Shown piece after piece: positions 9,295 to 18,765 of a DNA stretch of 64,000 nucleotides (its first letter is position 1; each line of letters starts with the position of its first letter). Below the pieces are notes generated by a model that made no database searches, had not been told where the DNA came from, and saw only the letters and a list, made by a program, of their open reading frames with translations. Source of the stretch: Nitrosopumilus sp. (lineage in GTDB: Archaea; Thermoproteota; Nitrososphaeria; Nitrososphaerales; Nitrosopumilaceae); NCBI GenBank assembly GCA_965204345.1, contig OZ241981.1, positions 864,001 through 928,000 of the forward strand. The letters run 5' to 3'. The position numbers were made by a program, and so were the translations under genes.

Positions 9295-10189
9295 GTCCCA
9301 CCATATCCTTTATTGTAGAATAGCCTTCCTTGTTCATATATTCTAAAATCCCTCTGTTAATATCATCAAAAACCCCGATCCAGTTATCTCCTATGGCACT
9401 GCCAAGTTGAACAGCAGAAGCTCCGGCTAGAAAAAATTCAACAGCATCTTGCCAGGTGGAAATTCCGCCACAGCCAATAATAGGAATGTCAAATTTGGAA
9501 GAAATCTCATAGACACATCTTAATGCAATTGGTTTGATTGGGGTTCCAGACAAGCCTCCAAACTTGTTGCTAAGAATAGGCCGCTTTGTTTTGACATCAA
9601 TGGCCATTGCACGTACGGTGTTAATTGCAGTAATTGCATCGATTCCGGAATCTATTGCAGCACTAACAGTATTCAAGTAGTTGCTAGTACCCAAACCCAC
9701 TTTGGCAATTGCGGGAACATTTGTGGAATTTTTAACAGTGGAGACAATTTCCTTGACTAATCCAGGATCATCGCCTACTTCCAATCCAACATGGGCAACA
9801 TGAGGACAAGACAGATTTAGCTCATATGCTTTGACTTTGCAATTCTCAAATTCTTCAAGCATAATTTTAAAATCATCAGGAACCGAACCCACCAAACTGA
9901 CAACTATTGGAACATCCTGATTTGGCTCAATCATTTTTGCAAAATTTCTAGCGCCAGGATTTGACAGTCCTACTGCATTAATCCAGCCACCGCCCCTTAC
10001 GCTGAAGATGGTAGGATTAGCATATCCCTCCCAGGGGGCAGTGCTTAGAGATTTTGTAACAACTGCACCTGCACCTGACGCATAAAGTCGATTAAACACG
10101 TCTAAGGATATGCCTAGAATTCCAGATGCAAGCATCACAGGTTTGTCTATTTGAATAGGGCCAATGGAAGCTGCAATGCTGGGTTTCAC
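9278..10189 (-). CDS. pyrD: Dihydroorotate dehydrogenase (family 1B) catalytic subunit
   Basis: LASG, INAVGLSNPG, ELNLSCPH, GGLSG, IIGCGGI motifs. Confidence 0.96.
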   Translation of the reverse strand: MKPSIAASIGPIQIDKPVMLASGILGISLDVFNRLYASGAGAVVTKSLSTAPWEGYANPTIFSVRGGGWINAVGLSNPGARNFAKMIEPNQDVPIVVSLVGSVPDDFKIMLEEFENCKVKAYELNLSCPHVAHVGLEVGDDPGLVKEIVSTVKNSTNVPAIAKVGLGTSNYLNTVSAAIDSGIDAITAINTVRAMAIDVKTKRPILSNKFGGLSGTPIKPIALRCVYEISSKFDIPIIGCGGISTWQDAVEFFLAGASAVQLGSAIGDNWIGVFDDINRGILEYMNKEGYSTIKDMVGLAKKS

Positions 10190-10274
10190 TTTGATTAATG
10201 AGCTTAGTTTCGAATATAATGGTTGATTCCTGATTCTGTTACCTTTTTTAAAGGTGGTTTAGGATCAACTAGTC

Positions 10275-11594
10275 ATGTATTCTGTAATTTTGACAGAATT
10301 GGGAATTTCAGTTTTCAATGATGGAAGACTAGACAAGGCATTTCCTTTCTCAAACGCAGTCAAAGAGTATCTTTTAGTGAAAAATAAGGAATCAAAACTA
10401 AATGAACTTGTAAACTATTTAGCATCAACTCATAGGGGATTTTCAGTAAGCGATGAATCATTGCTTGCAATTTTAAAAAAATATTCAATTGACTGTTATT
10501 TAATGGAGGGAGCCGAATTAGATGCAATTCAGGCAAACAAACCACAAATTATTGTTGATTCAGACTTTGCATCAAATCTACAAGATACGCTTGGTAAGTT
10601 AAGGGAGTTTGCACTTGGGTTATCATCCTCAAAGATTGCCGAAGTATCAGAAAATCCAGATCTTCACGTGATTCAAGCAATTGGTTCCTTAGATGAAATT
10701 GACAAGATTGCAAATGTCCTAAGTTCAAGACTTAGGGAATGGTACGGATTGCATTTTCCAGAGTTAGAGAACGTAATTGATAGCATTAATGGATATGCAC
10801 AGATAGTGATGGCAGGAAAGCGGGAATCACTGACTAGAAAAGTTTTTGAGGAAGCCGGTTTTCCAGAATCAAAAGTAGAGATGCTGTCATTGATGTCATC
10901 AAAAAGTAGGGGAGGGGATATTTCAGACGTTAATTTGGCAATAGTACAATCAATTGCAAAGCAGATTTTGGATTTTCACCAGCTGCGCAAGAAACTTGAA
11001 GAACATGTTGAAACAGAAATGCAAGAGATTGCGCCAAACCTCTCAGCAATACTTGGTACCGCAGTAGGCGCAAGGATTTTGGGAAGAGTTGGAAGTATTA
11101 AAAAATTGGCAGCACTTCCTGCCAGCACAATACAAGTTATAGGAGCTGAAAAAGCATTATTTAGATCATTGAGGACAGGATCCCAACCGCCAAAACACGG
11201 ATTACTATTTCAACATGCAAGGGTTCACGCATCTCCAAGATGGCAAAGAGGAAAAATTGCTCGTGCAATAGCTGCTAAAGCAGCAATCGCTGCAAGAGTT
11301 GACGTTTATGGCGAGGGATTAAACCAAACTTTGCTTGAAAAACTCAATGTTAGAGTTGATGAAATTGGGGAAAAATACAAAAATCCTACCGAAAAGGATA
11401 CCAGACCACTTCCATCATTTAGAAGGGAGAGAGGAGGGTTTAGGGATAATCCAAGAAGAGATGAAAGGAGAGGAGTGCACAGAGGAGGCAGGGATGTAAG
11501 TAAGAGTAGTAGGGGAGACCGCAGAGGAGGAGGAGGAGACAGAAGAGAAGGATCTAATTCAAATAAAAAGAGAAGCAGGTTTGGAAGAAGATAA
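10275..11594 (+). CDS. nop5: Box C/D RNP protein Nop5 (Nop56/58) with RGG-rich tail
   Basis: REWYGLHFPEL, PASTIQVIGAEKALF, PPKHGLLF, WQRGKIAR; upstream of fibrillarin. Confidence 0.96.
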   Translation: MYSVILTELGISVFNDGRLDKAFPFSNAVKEYLLVKNKESKLNELVNYLASTHRGFSVSDESLLAILKKYSIDCYLMEGAELDAIQANKPQIIVDSDFASNLQDTLGKLREFALGLSSSKIAEVSENPDLHVIQAIGSLDEIDKIANVLSSRLREWYGLHFPELENVIDSINGYAQIVMAGKRESLTRKVFEEAGFPESKVEMLSLMSSKSRGGDISDVNLAIVQSIAKQILDFHQLRKKLEEHVETEMQEIAPNLSAILGTAVGARILGRVGSIKKLAALPASTIQVIGAEKALFRSLRTGSQPPKHGLLFQHARVHASPRWQRGKIARAIAAKAAIAARVDVYGEGLNQTLLEKLNVRVDEIGEKYKNPTEKDTRPLPSFRRERGGFRDNPRRDERRGVHRGGRDVSKSSRGDRRGGGGDRREGSNSNKKRSRFGRR

Positions 11595-12255
11595 TCAATC
11601 ATTTTTTTGGATAAAATCAGAGGGAGAAGAAAGACTAGCTACAGAAAACATGGTGCCTGGAAATCAGGTGTACAAGGAAAGACTGATCATCAAAAAAGGA
11701 ATTGAATACAGGTTATGGGATCCGTTTAGAAGCAAGCTGGCAGCGGCAATCATGAATAATCTAGATTATTTTCCTTTTGAAAATAAAAGCCAGGTTTTGT
11801 ATTTAGGGGCATCGACTGGAACTACAGTTAGTCACATTTCAGATATTGTAGGACCTAGCGGAATAGTTTTTGGAGTAGAGCATACAAGTAGAGTGGCAAG
11901 GGATTTTTTAGACAGGGTTGTAACACATAGAAAAAACATTATTCCAATTCTACAAGATGCCAGAAGGCCAAAAGAATATTTTTCAGTGTTTGGAAAAGTC
12001 GATGTCGTATACGTGGATATTGCACAGCCGGATCAGACACAAATTGCAATTGATAATTGTGAAATATTCCTAAAAAAGGGAGGTCATTTCTTTTTGGTTA
12101 TCAAGACTAGAAGTATCGATGTTACAAAGAATCCAAAAAGAATTGTTGAAGAAGAAAAAGAAAAGTTAAAGCCGGGATTTGACGTTCTGCAGACCATAGA
12201 CTTGCACCCTTATGATAAAGACCACGCAATGGTAATTGCAAGATTCAAGGACTAG
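11581..12255 (+). CDS. flpA: Fibrillarin-like rRNA/tRNA 2'-O-methyltransferase
   Basis: YRLWDPFRSKLAAAI, VLYLGASTGTTVSH, DIAQPDQ. Confidence 0.97.
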   Translation: MEEDNQSFFWIKSEGEERLATENMVPGNQVYKERLIIKKGIEYRLWDPFRSKLAAAIMNNLDYFPFENKSQVLYLGASTGTTVSHISDIVGPSGIVFGVEHTSRVARDFLDRVVTHRKNIIPILQDARRPKEYFSVFGKVDVVYVDIAQPDQTQIAIDNCEIFLKKGGHFFLVIKTRSIDVTKNPKRIVEEEKEKLKPGFDVLQTIDLHPYDKDHAMVIARFKD

Positions 12256-12872
12256 TTATTTTCAATTATTCTTTGTACGGGTTTCCAGCTTTTACGCACA
12301 AATTTAGGCATCTTGTGATTTTTTTTATAATATTTTGTTACAAACTTTACGGTTACAGAGTCAGATGGATAGCCACTGCCCAAATTATGATCTTTTCTTA
12401 ATTTTGTAATTGCCCTATCCCTAGTAACCTTGGCAAGAATAGACGCTGCAGATACTACAACAAACCTGCCATCTGCACGATGGTATGACTTGATCTTATG
12501 ATCATCAGACAGTTTGGAGATTGCTTTTCCAAATCTAGCTGGGTTAACATCACACGAATCAACATATGAAACATCAGGATTTAATTTGGAGACAACCTTT
12601 GCCATGTATTTTGCCTCTAAACCATTCAGACAGTGCTTTTTTACACTAGCATCAATTGACCTGGGGGAAATTTTTGCAATATAGTAGTCATCTACAATTT
12701 CAATGATTTTTTTGTACAAATATTCACGTAATTTAGGGCTAAGTTTTTTTGAATCCTTTACACCCAAAGCCTTTAATTTTTTTAAATTTTTTTTATCCAG
12801 CAATACACCGGCAATTACCAATGGTCCCAGCATGGGACCGCGTCCAGCATCATCGATACCACAAATTTGCAC
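12252..12872 (-). CDS. rnhB: Ribonuclease HII
   Basis: GIDDAGRGPMLGP, VKDSKKL, VSAASILAKV, GSGYPSD; start placed at GTG 12872. Confidence 0.96.
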   Translation of the reverse strand: MQICGIDDAGRGPMLGPLVIAGVLLDKKNLKKLKALGVKDSKKLSPKLREYLYKKIIEIVDDYYIAKISPRSIDASVKKHCLNGLEAKYMAKVVSKLNPDVSYVDSCDVNPARFGKAISKLSDDHKIKSYHRADGRFVVVSAASILAKVTRDRAITKLRKDHNLGSGYPSDSVTVKFVTKYYKKNHKMPKFVRKSWKPVQRIIENN

Positions 12873-12932
12873 GAATTGTGTCCTAAAACACAAGTATTAA
12901 ACCGTTATACGTTTAGAAAAAATGAAATCTAA

Positions 12933-14081
12933 TTGGAATTTCCAGATGATACCCTTCAAGAAATAACTGAAGGTAAAACAAAACTACTCGTTCCAAAAAA
13001 ATCAATTACGGATAAGGCTCCTCCCATGAAACCAGCATTTTTTAATCCAAAAGCAAAACTCAATAGGGATTTTTCCATTATTGCATATTCTGCTTTTCTT
13101 AACAAATTTCAGGGACCAAAAATTTTCTTAGACGGCCTTTCAGGAATAGGAGCTAGGGGACTACGGGTTGCAAATGAGTTAGATATTGAAAAGATTGTGA
13201 TTAACGATCTAAATCCTTCAGCACTCAAAATGGCAGAATATTCTTCAAATCTTAATGCCATAAAAAATATAGAATTTTCAGAAAAGGAAGCATGCAGGTT
13301 TTTTAGTAATTATTCAAGAAAAGGAGAAAGAGGTTCGATTGTAGACATTGATCCTTTTGGCTCACCTGCGGCATTTTTTGACTGTGGGATTAGGGCAACC
13401 ATGCATGGAGGCATATTATCAACTGCAGCCACAGATCTTCAGGTTTTAAATGGATTGTTTCAGTCTGCATGTAAAAGAAAGTATGGCGGAATTCCAATTA
13501 GAACAGAATATGGCAATGAGATTGCAATTAGATTGATTTTGGGATCTCTTAGAACAGTGGCAGCAAGACTCGGGGTAACAGTAATTCCCATATTTGTTGA
13601 AAGTGAAATGCATTACTATAGAACATACGTCAAAATTCTCAACAGGCCAGATCAGCAAGAAAACCTAGGATATATTTTACATTGTAAAAGCTGTGGTCAT
13701 AGAAAAATTTCTCTTAAAGAACGCCAGGAATGTGAGCTATGCAAATCAGAAATTAGCATAGCTGGTCCTTTATGGATTGGGAACATTTTTGACAAGGAAT
13801 TTGTTGAGGATATGCTAAATGAAAACTCCAAACTGGAAACAGACAAAATTTGTGAAAAAACATTACTCAAATGTATAGAAGAGGCAAACATGGACGGGAT
13901 TTATTTTACAGTAGACGAGATTGCATCTTTAATGAAATCATCCCCGCCGAAACTAGAAAAAGTAATCACAAGTTTACGGGAAAATAATTTTTTAGCTAGC
14001 GTCACTGTATTTGATTCAACGGGATTTAAGACTAATGCAAACATTAAGGAAATAATTAAAATTTTTAAGACTATCCAGTAA
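12933..14081 (+). CDS. trm1: tRNA (guanine-26-N2)-dimethyltransferase
   Basis: FFNPKAKLNRD, GIGARGLR, DIDPFGSP, Zn knuckle, GPLWIG. Confidence 0.95.
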   Translation: MEFPDDTLQEITEGKTKLLVPKKSITDKAPPMKPAFFNPKAKLNRDFSIIAYSAFLNKFQGPKIFLDGLSGIGARGLRVANELDIEKIVINDLNPSALKMAEYSSNLNAIKNIEFSEKEACRFFSNYSRKGERGSIVDIDPFGSPAAFFDCGIRATMHGGILSTAATDLQVLNGLFQSACKRKYGGIPIRTEYGNEIAIRLILGSLRTVAARLGVTVIPIFVESEMHYYRTYVKILNRPDQQENLGYILHCKSCGHRKISLKERQECELCKSEISIAGPLWIGNIFDKEFVEDMLNENSKLETDKICEKTLLKCIEEANMDGIYFTVDEIASLMKSSPPKLEKVITSLRENNFLASVTVFDSTGFKTNANIKEIIKIFKTIQ

Positions 14082-14664
14082 AGCCTAAACAAACAAGATA
14101 CAATTCGCTGCTTTGTTTTCTACTAGCAACAGGTTTTGTAAGATTGGTTCTGGCAAATTTTTTCTTGATATAATCTCTGAATTCCATCGAGAATTCACCG
14201 TCAAAAACTTTGAAGACTGCATTGCCTTTGTGAGCTAAAACTTTGGACATGATTTTTGTGCAACTATAATTCAGGGAAATTTGTCTAGCATGATCAATAG
14301 ACCAATTTCCACTAACCTGAGGAGAGAGATCGCAGATTACAGCATTGACTTTACGCCCAAAGTAAGACATAACTTCATCAACGACATGCTCATCTTCAAT
14401 ATCTTCTCGGATTATATGAGCTCCAGGGATTTCTTCAACGTAGGACAGGTCAATCCCCATTACCTTTCCTTGGTTTCCAACCAACTTCATAGCCATTTGA
14501 GTCCAACCTCCTGGTGCACATCCAAGATCTAGTACATTAAAACCAGGACCAATCAGGCGATAAGACCGGTTTAATTCTTGTAGTTTGAATGCAGCCCTGC
14601 TTCTAAAACCCTGCTCATGGGCTAATCTGCGATAGTGATCTTTGCGTGCATCTGCTAGTTTCAT
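14071..14664 (-). CDS. rlmE: 23S rRNA Um2552 methyltransferase (RlmE/FtsJ)
   Basis: FRSRAAFKL, LDLGCAPGGW, KPVASRKQSSELY. Confidence 0.95.
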   Translation of the reverse strand: MKLADARKDHYRRLAHEQGFRSRAAFKLQELNRSYRLIGPGFNVLDLGCAPGGWTQMAMKLVGNQGKVMGIDLSYVEEIPGAHIIREDIEDEHVVDEVMSYFGRKVNAVICDLSPQVSGNWSIDHARQISLNYSCTKIMSKVLAHKGNAVFKVFDGEFSMEFRDYIKKKFARTNLTKPVASRKQSSELYLVCLGFTG

Positions 14665-15959
14665 TTAGCCTTCACGGGTTTCTTTAATTCAGCAATTACC
14701 CAATCTTCAATGAATTGGCAATTTCTAGGACTAATCTCACCGTCAAGTGAACATTTCTGTTCTACAGGACAAACTAAACATGGTGCATTTTCAATTGACT
14801 GTGTACTAATTGGAGTTTTCTTTAAAATTAATTTGTATGTCCAACGATTATTTTCAAGGAGTTTTTCTCTAGTAATTGTACCCATTCTTTCAAGTTTCAG
14901 TGCTAAACGAGAACCAATCTGATTTGTAAGCTTGAGCTTTTTCCAGAGTTCGCCTTGGAACATTCCATCAGACTCTTTTTCAGCTAAAATATCAGAAACT
15001 TTGTTTGTTAACCTTTCCATGTCAACCTTTTCAATTTGGAAATTTTCAATTTCTTCATCAGTAAGCTGTTCTTCTAATTCTTCTTCGAGGGTTAATTCTT
15101 CTATTCTTTTAGCTTCTTCTAATTCTTTTTTGGTTAATTTCTTTACTTTAGCAGGTTTTGCCTCAACTACTTTTGCAGGTTTTTTGGCAAGTTTCTTTGC
15201 AGGTTTTGCCTCAGCTACTTTTGCAGGTTTTTTGGCAGGTTTCTTTGCAGGTTTTGCCTCAACTACTTTTGCAGGTTTTTTGGCAGGTTTCTTTGCAGGT
15301 TTTGTCTCAACTACTTTTGTAGGTTTTTTGGCAGGTTTCTTTGCAGGTTTTGTCTCAACTACTTTTGTAGGTTTTTTGGCAGGTTTCTTTGCAGGTTTTG
15401 CCTCATCTTTCTTTGTAGCAGATGAATCTGGCATTTCCTTTTTCTTTTTTAATTTGGCAGGTTTTGTCTCAACTACTTTTGTAGGTTTTTTGGCAGGTTT
15501 CTTTGCAGGTTTTGCCTCAGCTACTTTTGCAGCAGATGAATCTGGCATTTCCTTTTTCTTTTTTAATTTGGAAGCTTTCTTTGCAGGTTTTGCCTCAGCT
15601 ACTTTTGGAGCAGATGAATCTGGCATTTCCTTTTTCTTTTTTAATTTGGAAGCTTTCTTTGCAGGTTTTGCCTCAGCTACTTTTGCAGGTTTTGCCTCAG
15701 CTACTTTTGCAGGTTTTGCCTCAGCTACTTTTGCAGGTTTTGCCTCAGCTACTTTTGCAGGTTTTGCCTCAGCTACTTTTGCAGCAGATGAATCTAGCAT
15801 TTCCTTTTTCTTTTTTAATTTGGAAGCTTTCTTTGCAGGTTTTGCCTCAACTACTTTTGTAGCAGATGAATCTAGCATTTCCTTTTTCTTTTTTAATTTG
15901 GCAATATCTGCCTTTATTTTTTCTGCTTCTTCAATTAGAGTATCTTTTTTCTTTGCCAT
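14661..15959 (-). CDS. RPC34-like/TFE-beta homologue (wHTH plus four-Cys Fe-S domain) with long Lys/Ala/Pro repeat N-terminal extension
   Basis: C-terminal GMFQGELWKKL...LERMGTITREK...TYKL winged helix, then PCLVCPVEQKC...SPRNC; ~250 aa of PAKK repeats and an acidic patch. Confidence 0.8.
   Translation of the reverse strand: MAKKKDTLIEEAEKIKADIAKLKKKKEMLDSSATKVVEAKPAKKASKLKKKKEMLDSSAAKVAEAKPAKVAEAKPAKVAEAKPAKVAEAKPAKVAEAKPAKKASKLKKKKEMPDSSAPKVAEAKPAKKASKLKKKKEMPDSSAAKVAEAKPAKKPAKKPTKVVETKPAKLKKKKEMPDSSATKKDEAKPAKKPAKKPTKVVETKPAKKPAKKPTKVVETKPAKKPAKKPAKVVEAKPAKKPAKKPAKVAEAKPAKKLAKKPAKVVEAKPAKVKKLTKKELEEAKRIEELTLEEELEEQLTDEEIENFQIEKVDMERLTNKVSDILAEKESDGMFQGELWKKLKLTNQIGSRLALKLERMGTITREKLLENNRWTYKLILKKTPISTQSIENAPCLVCPVEQKCSLDGEISPRNCQFIEDWVIAELKKPVKAK
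15151..15900 (-). repeat. Intragenic nested tandem repeats (24-, 48- and 78-bp units)
   Basis: GCAGGTTTTGCCTCAGCTACTTTT (AKVAEAKP) in tandem; KKPAKKPTKVVETKPA and KKASKLKKKKEMPDSSA units repeated nearly identically at DNA level. Confidence 0.95.
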
Positions 15960-16013
15960 CAAATCACCTTCTTTTTTAATTTAATTTCTTGTTTATCAAT
16001 CAATATTTCATTC

Positions 16014-16469
16014 CTATCTAACAATAAAAGTTCCTTGTTCAGAGATAGTATTTAGTTCTACTGAAACCAATTCTGTGACTATATCATACGATCCAGAGGA
16101 ATCAACAATCTTGGAGAATTTATCTCCAATAGGAAGAAGGTTATTCTCATTTTCAATGCATTGCTCAAAAAATCTGCCCTGAGTAACTGCATCACTTTTT
16201 CCAGAAGGATAGATGGTGACATAAAGATCACCACAATCAAATGAAGAGTCATTAACTCTTACTTGAATTTCAATAGGTTCTGAAACAGAGTATTGCTTAG
16301 ATAATCCAATGATTTCAATAGAAGATTTATGTGAATTTTCAAAAGACATGGGCCACAAATTTAATTCTCGATCATATTCTTGAAGCACATTGGCCAAGAC
16401 CGCAGATCCAAATACAATAGAGAAAATTACAGGAAAGACAAACACTGCAAAAACTCTCTTACGCCCCAT
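16014..16469 (-). CDS. Membrane-anchored hypothetical protein
   Basis: N-terminal TM helix (RVFAVFVFPVIFSIVFGSAVLA) followed by a beta-rich domain with two Cys. Confidence 0.8.
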   Translation of the reverse strand: MGRKRVFAVFVFPVIFSIVFGSAVLANVLQEYDRELNLWPMSFENSHKSSIEIIGLSKQYSVSEPIEIQVRVNDSSFDCGDLYVTIYPSGKSDAVTQGRFFEQCIENENNLLPIGDKFSKIVDSSGSYDIVTELVSVELNTISEQGTFIVR

Positions 16470-16573
16470 TTTGTTTTAGAATTGATAATTCCCTTATATC
16501 TATTTAGCAAAATTCCATTGATTAAGATCAATATGACGAATAAGTTAAATCGTAGCCAACTAAATATCGCTAG

Positions 16574-18667
16574 ATGAGACTTAGAAAATTTAGAGTGAGA
16601 GCGTATAGATGCATTCACGATTCTGGAGAAATCACGGTAGGAGACTTGGCCGCCTTTGTTGGGAGAAACGAAAGTGGGAAAACCACAATTCTTCAAGCAT
16701 TGACACTCTTAAACAAGGATGAAGAGATTTCAGAATTGGATCTTTGTGATGAAATGAACGAAGAGTTAAAAGAAGAGATGAGATTAGCAGAGGGGGAATT
16801 CCAGTTAAGCCAGCATGAGATCAGTCTGATTAAAGCAAAATTTCCAGGATTGCCAGAAATTAAAAAAATTAAACTGTTTAGAACAAATCGGAGTCCAATA
16901 GTCCAGTATGAATTTGATGACATGGAATTCAGTGAAAATGATAGTAAGGAATTAAACTCATGGGAGAATTTCTCAAGACAGATTTTTGGATTCTTGGACA
17001 CGATTCCAAATCACCTAAGAATACAGATCAATACAAAATTCTTTGAAGAAGAAGTACCAAAAAATCAGGAAGTGTTTGATAGTGGAATGGCAGAATTTAG
17101 CAATCAATTTCATGTAATAGCAATTCAAGAACAAAAAGTTATTGAAGAATGGGAAAAAATCTATGAGAACCCTGAAAATCAATTTTCAAATCTTTTAAGT
17201 GGTGAAAGTCAAAAATCTGCTTTACATAACTTTATTGCATCTGAGATACATCCAAGATTTGTTTATTTTTCAGATTATAAAAAAATCTATGGAAATATTA
17301 ATCTCAATGAATATCTCAGAGAAGAAAAAGGAGAACGCCCGGATTCAATTGAATTTGTGGAAGAGTTTGACAAGGCAGAAACGGTAAGAAATCTATTCTA
17401 TCTGGCAGAATTGGATATTAAAGAACTAGATGAAGTAAAAGAAAGTCCATCAAAATGTATCAAACTGCTTAATTCTGCCAGCAACAGATTAACCAAGAAA
17501 TTAAATCCCGCATGGAAGGGGGATCCTATTCATGTAGATTTACGATATAATCCTGGCAATATCATGAGTGTGGTAATTTCAGATGTACACAAAGATGGAA
17601 CAATTACTAACACCGGATTACTAAATCGAAGGGCAGAAGGTTTCAAATGGACATTTTCATTTATTGTAAACTTTGCAGCAGAGACACAAAGGGCAGAATT
17701 AAAAGAGGCGCTGCTGCTTTTGGATGAACCGGCAAGAAATCTTCATCCTACACAACAGATGGGAATTTCAGATTTGTTAAAAAATTTGGCAGGATCAAAT
17801 CAAGTCTTGTATGCAACACATTCGCCATTTATGATATTTGATTATACTCCAGGCAATCTGCTTGTGGTGGAATTGGATAAAAGAAAACATCTGAGTAGAA
17901 TATTTTATGACTACTGGAATGCAGATGACAAAACACTCACACCAATTTTGTATGGACTATGTAGGGGACAAGTTGAATCGATTGTAGACAGAGAAATAGG
18001 AACAAATTCCAGGCCCATAATTATTGTAGAGACCATATCTGACGCAATGTACCTTAATGCATTTGACAAATTTTTACAGGATCCAAATATATCAATGAAT
18101 CCATTAAATGTGATTGCAGCATATAACAAAAACTCAGTCTTGCCTTTAGCTATTTTTTATAGAAATCACGGATACAGGACATTTGTTTTATTAGATAACT
18201 CTGAAGAATCCAAACAAATCTCAGCACAGCTAGTATCAAATGAATTTTCAGCCATCCAGACTATCTTTTTTGAGAGGGAAGGGAAGAAACTAGAGTCTAT
18301 TGAAGATTATATTGCTCTTGAAGATTACTTGCACCCAGTTAATCAGACATATGAAATAAAATTAAGACAAGAAGGTTTTTCAAATCTGACACCCCAAGAT
18401 GTTGCATCCAAAGAAGGAAATGGAATTTTAGATAAATTAAAAAAAATATGGCAGGAGCATAGGGAAGAGGATTGGGAAGAATTTGACAATGAAGAAATTA
18501 CCAGATATATTTGTGAGAAGATCACACTTGAAGAAGCAACTTTTCTATCAGATAAGACTAAAGATCAATTCAGATCATTGTACAGACTAATTGCAGAGCG
18601 AATCAGGCAGTATCAAAACGTGGTCACAAAACCAGACTTGGACAAATTTCAAAAGACCAAGATTTAA
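16574..18667 (+). CDS. OLD-family-like ABC ATPase/TOPRIM protein (ATP-dependent nuclease-like)
   Basis: Walker A VGRNESGKT, Walker B LLLLDEP, YATHSP H-loop, C-terminal IIVETISD TOPRIM-like motif. Confidence 0.85.
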   Translation: MRLRKFRVRAYRCIHDSGEITVGDLAAFVGRNESGKTTILQALTLLNKDEEISELDLCDEMNEELKEEMRLAEGEFQLSQHEISLIKAKFPGLPEIKKIKLFRTNRSPIVQYEFDDMEFSENDSKELNSWENFSRQIFGFLDTIPNHLRIQINTKFFEEEVPKNQEVFDSGMAEFSNQFHVIAIQEQKVIEEWEKIYENPENQFSNLLSGESQKSALHNFIASEIHPRFVYFSDYKKIYGNINLNEYLREEKGERPDSIEFVEEFDKAETVRNLFYLAELDIKELDEVKESPSKCIKLLNSASNRLTKKLNPAWKGDPIHVDLRYNPGNIMSVVISDVHKDGTITNTGLLNRRAEGFKWTFSFIVNFAAETQRAELKEALLLLDEPARNLHPTQQMGISDLLKNLAGSNQVLYATHSPFMIFDYTPGNLLVVELDKRKHLSRIFYDYWNADDKTLTPILYGLCRGQVESIVDREIGTNSRPIIIVETISDAMYLNAFDKFLQDPNISMNPLNVIAAYNKNSVLPLAIFYRNHGYRTFVLLDNSEESKQISAQLVSNEFSAIQTIFFEREGKKLESIEDYIALEDYLHPVNQTYEIKLRQEGFSNLTPQDVASKEGNGILDKLKKIWQEHREEDWEEFDNEEITRYICEKITLEEATFLSDKTKDQFRSLYRLIAERIRQYQNVVTKPDLDKFQKTKI

Positions 18668-18765
18668 GGTTTAAGAAGTTTTCTCATGAAAAACACTAAA
18701 CTCACAAATAGAAAAATAGGAAAATCAATTCAAGGTTTAAGTTAGAGATGAAAAGTTTGAAATAT

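Noticed and set aside
15151-15900. Possible CRISPR array
   Set aside because: Units are contiguous, in frame and have no unique spacers; no cas genes in the window.
14932-15984. 350-aa plus-strand ORF (FAGF repeats) and 119-aa QVLPQLLL ORF
   Set aside because: Antisense or out-of-frame shadows of the PAKK repeat gene; the repeats simply lack stop codons.
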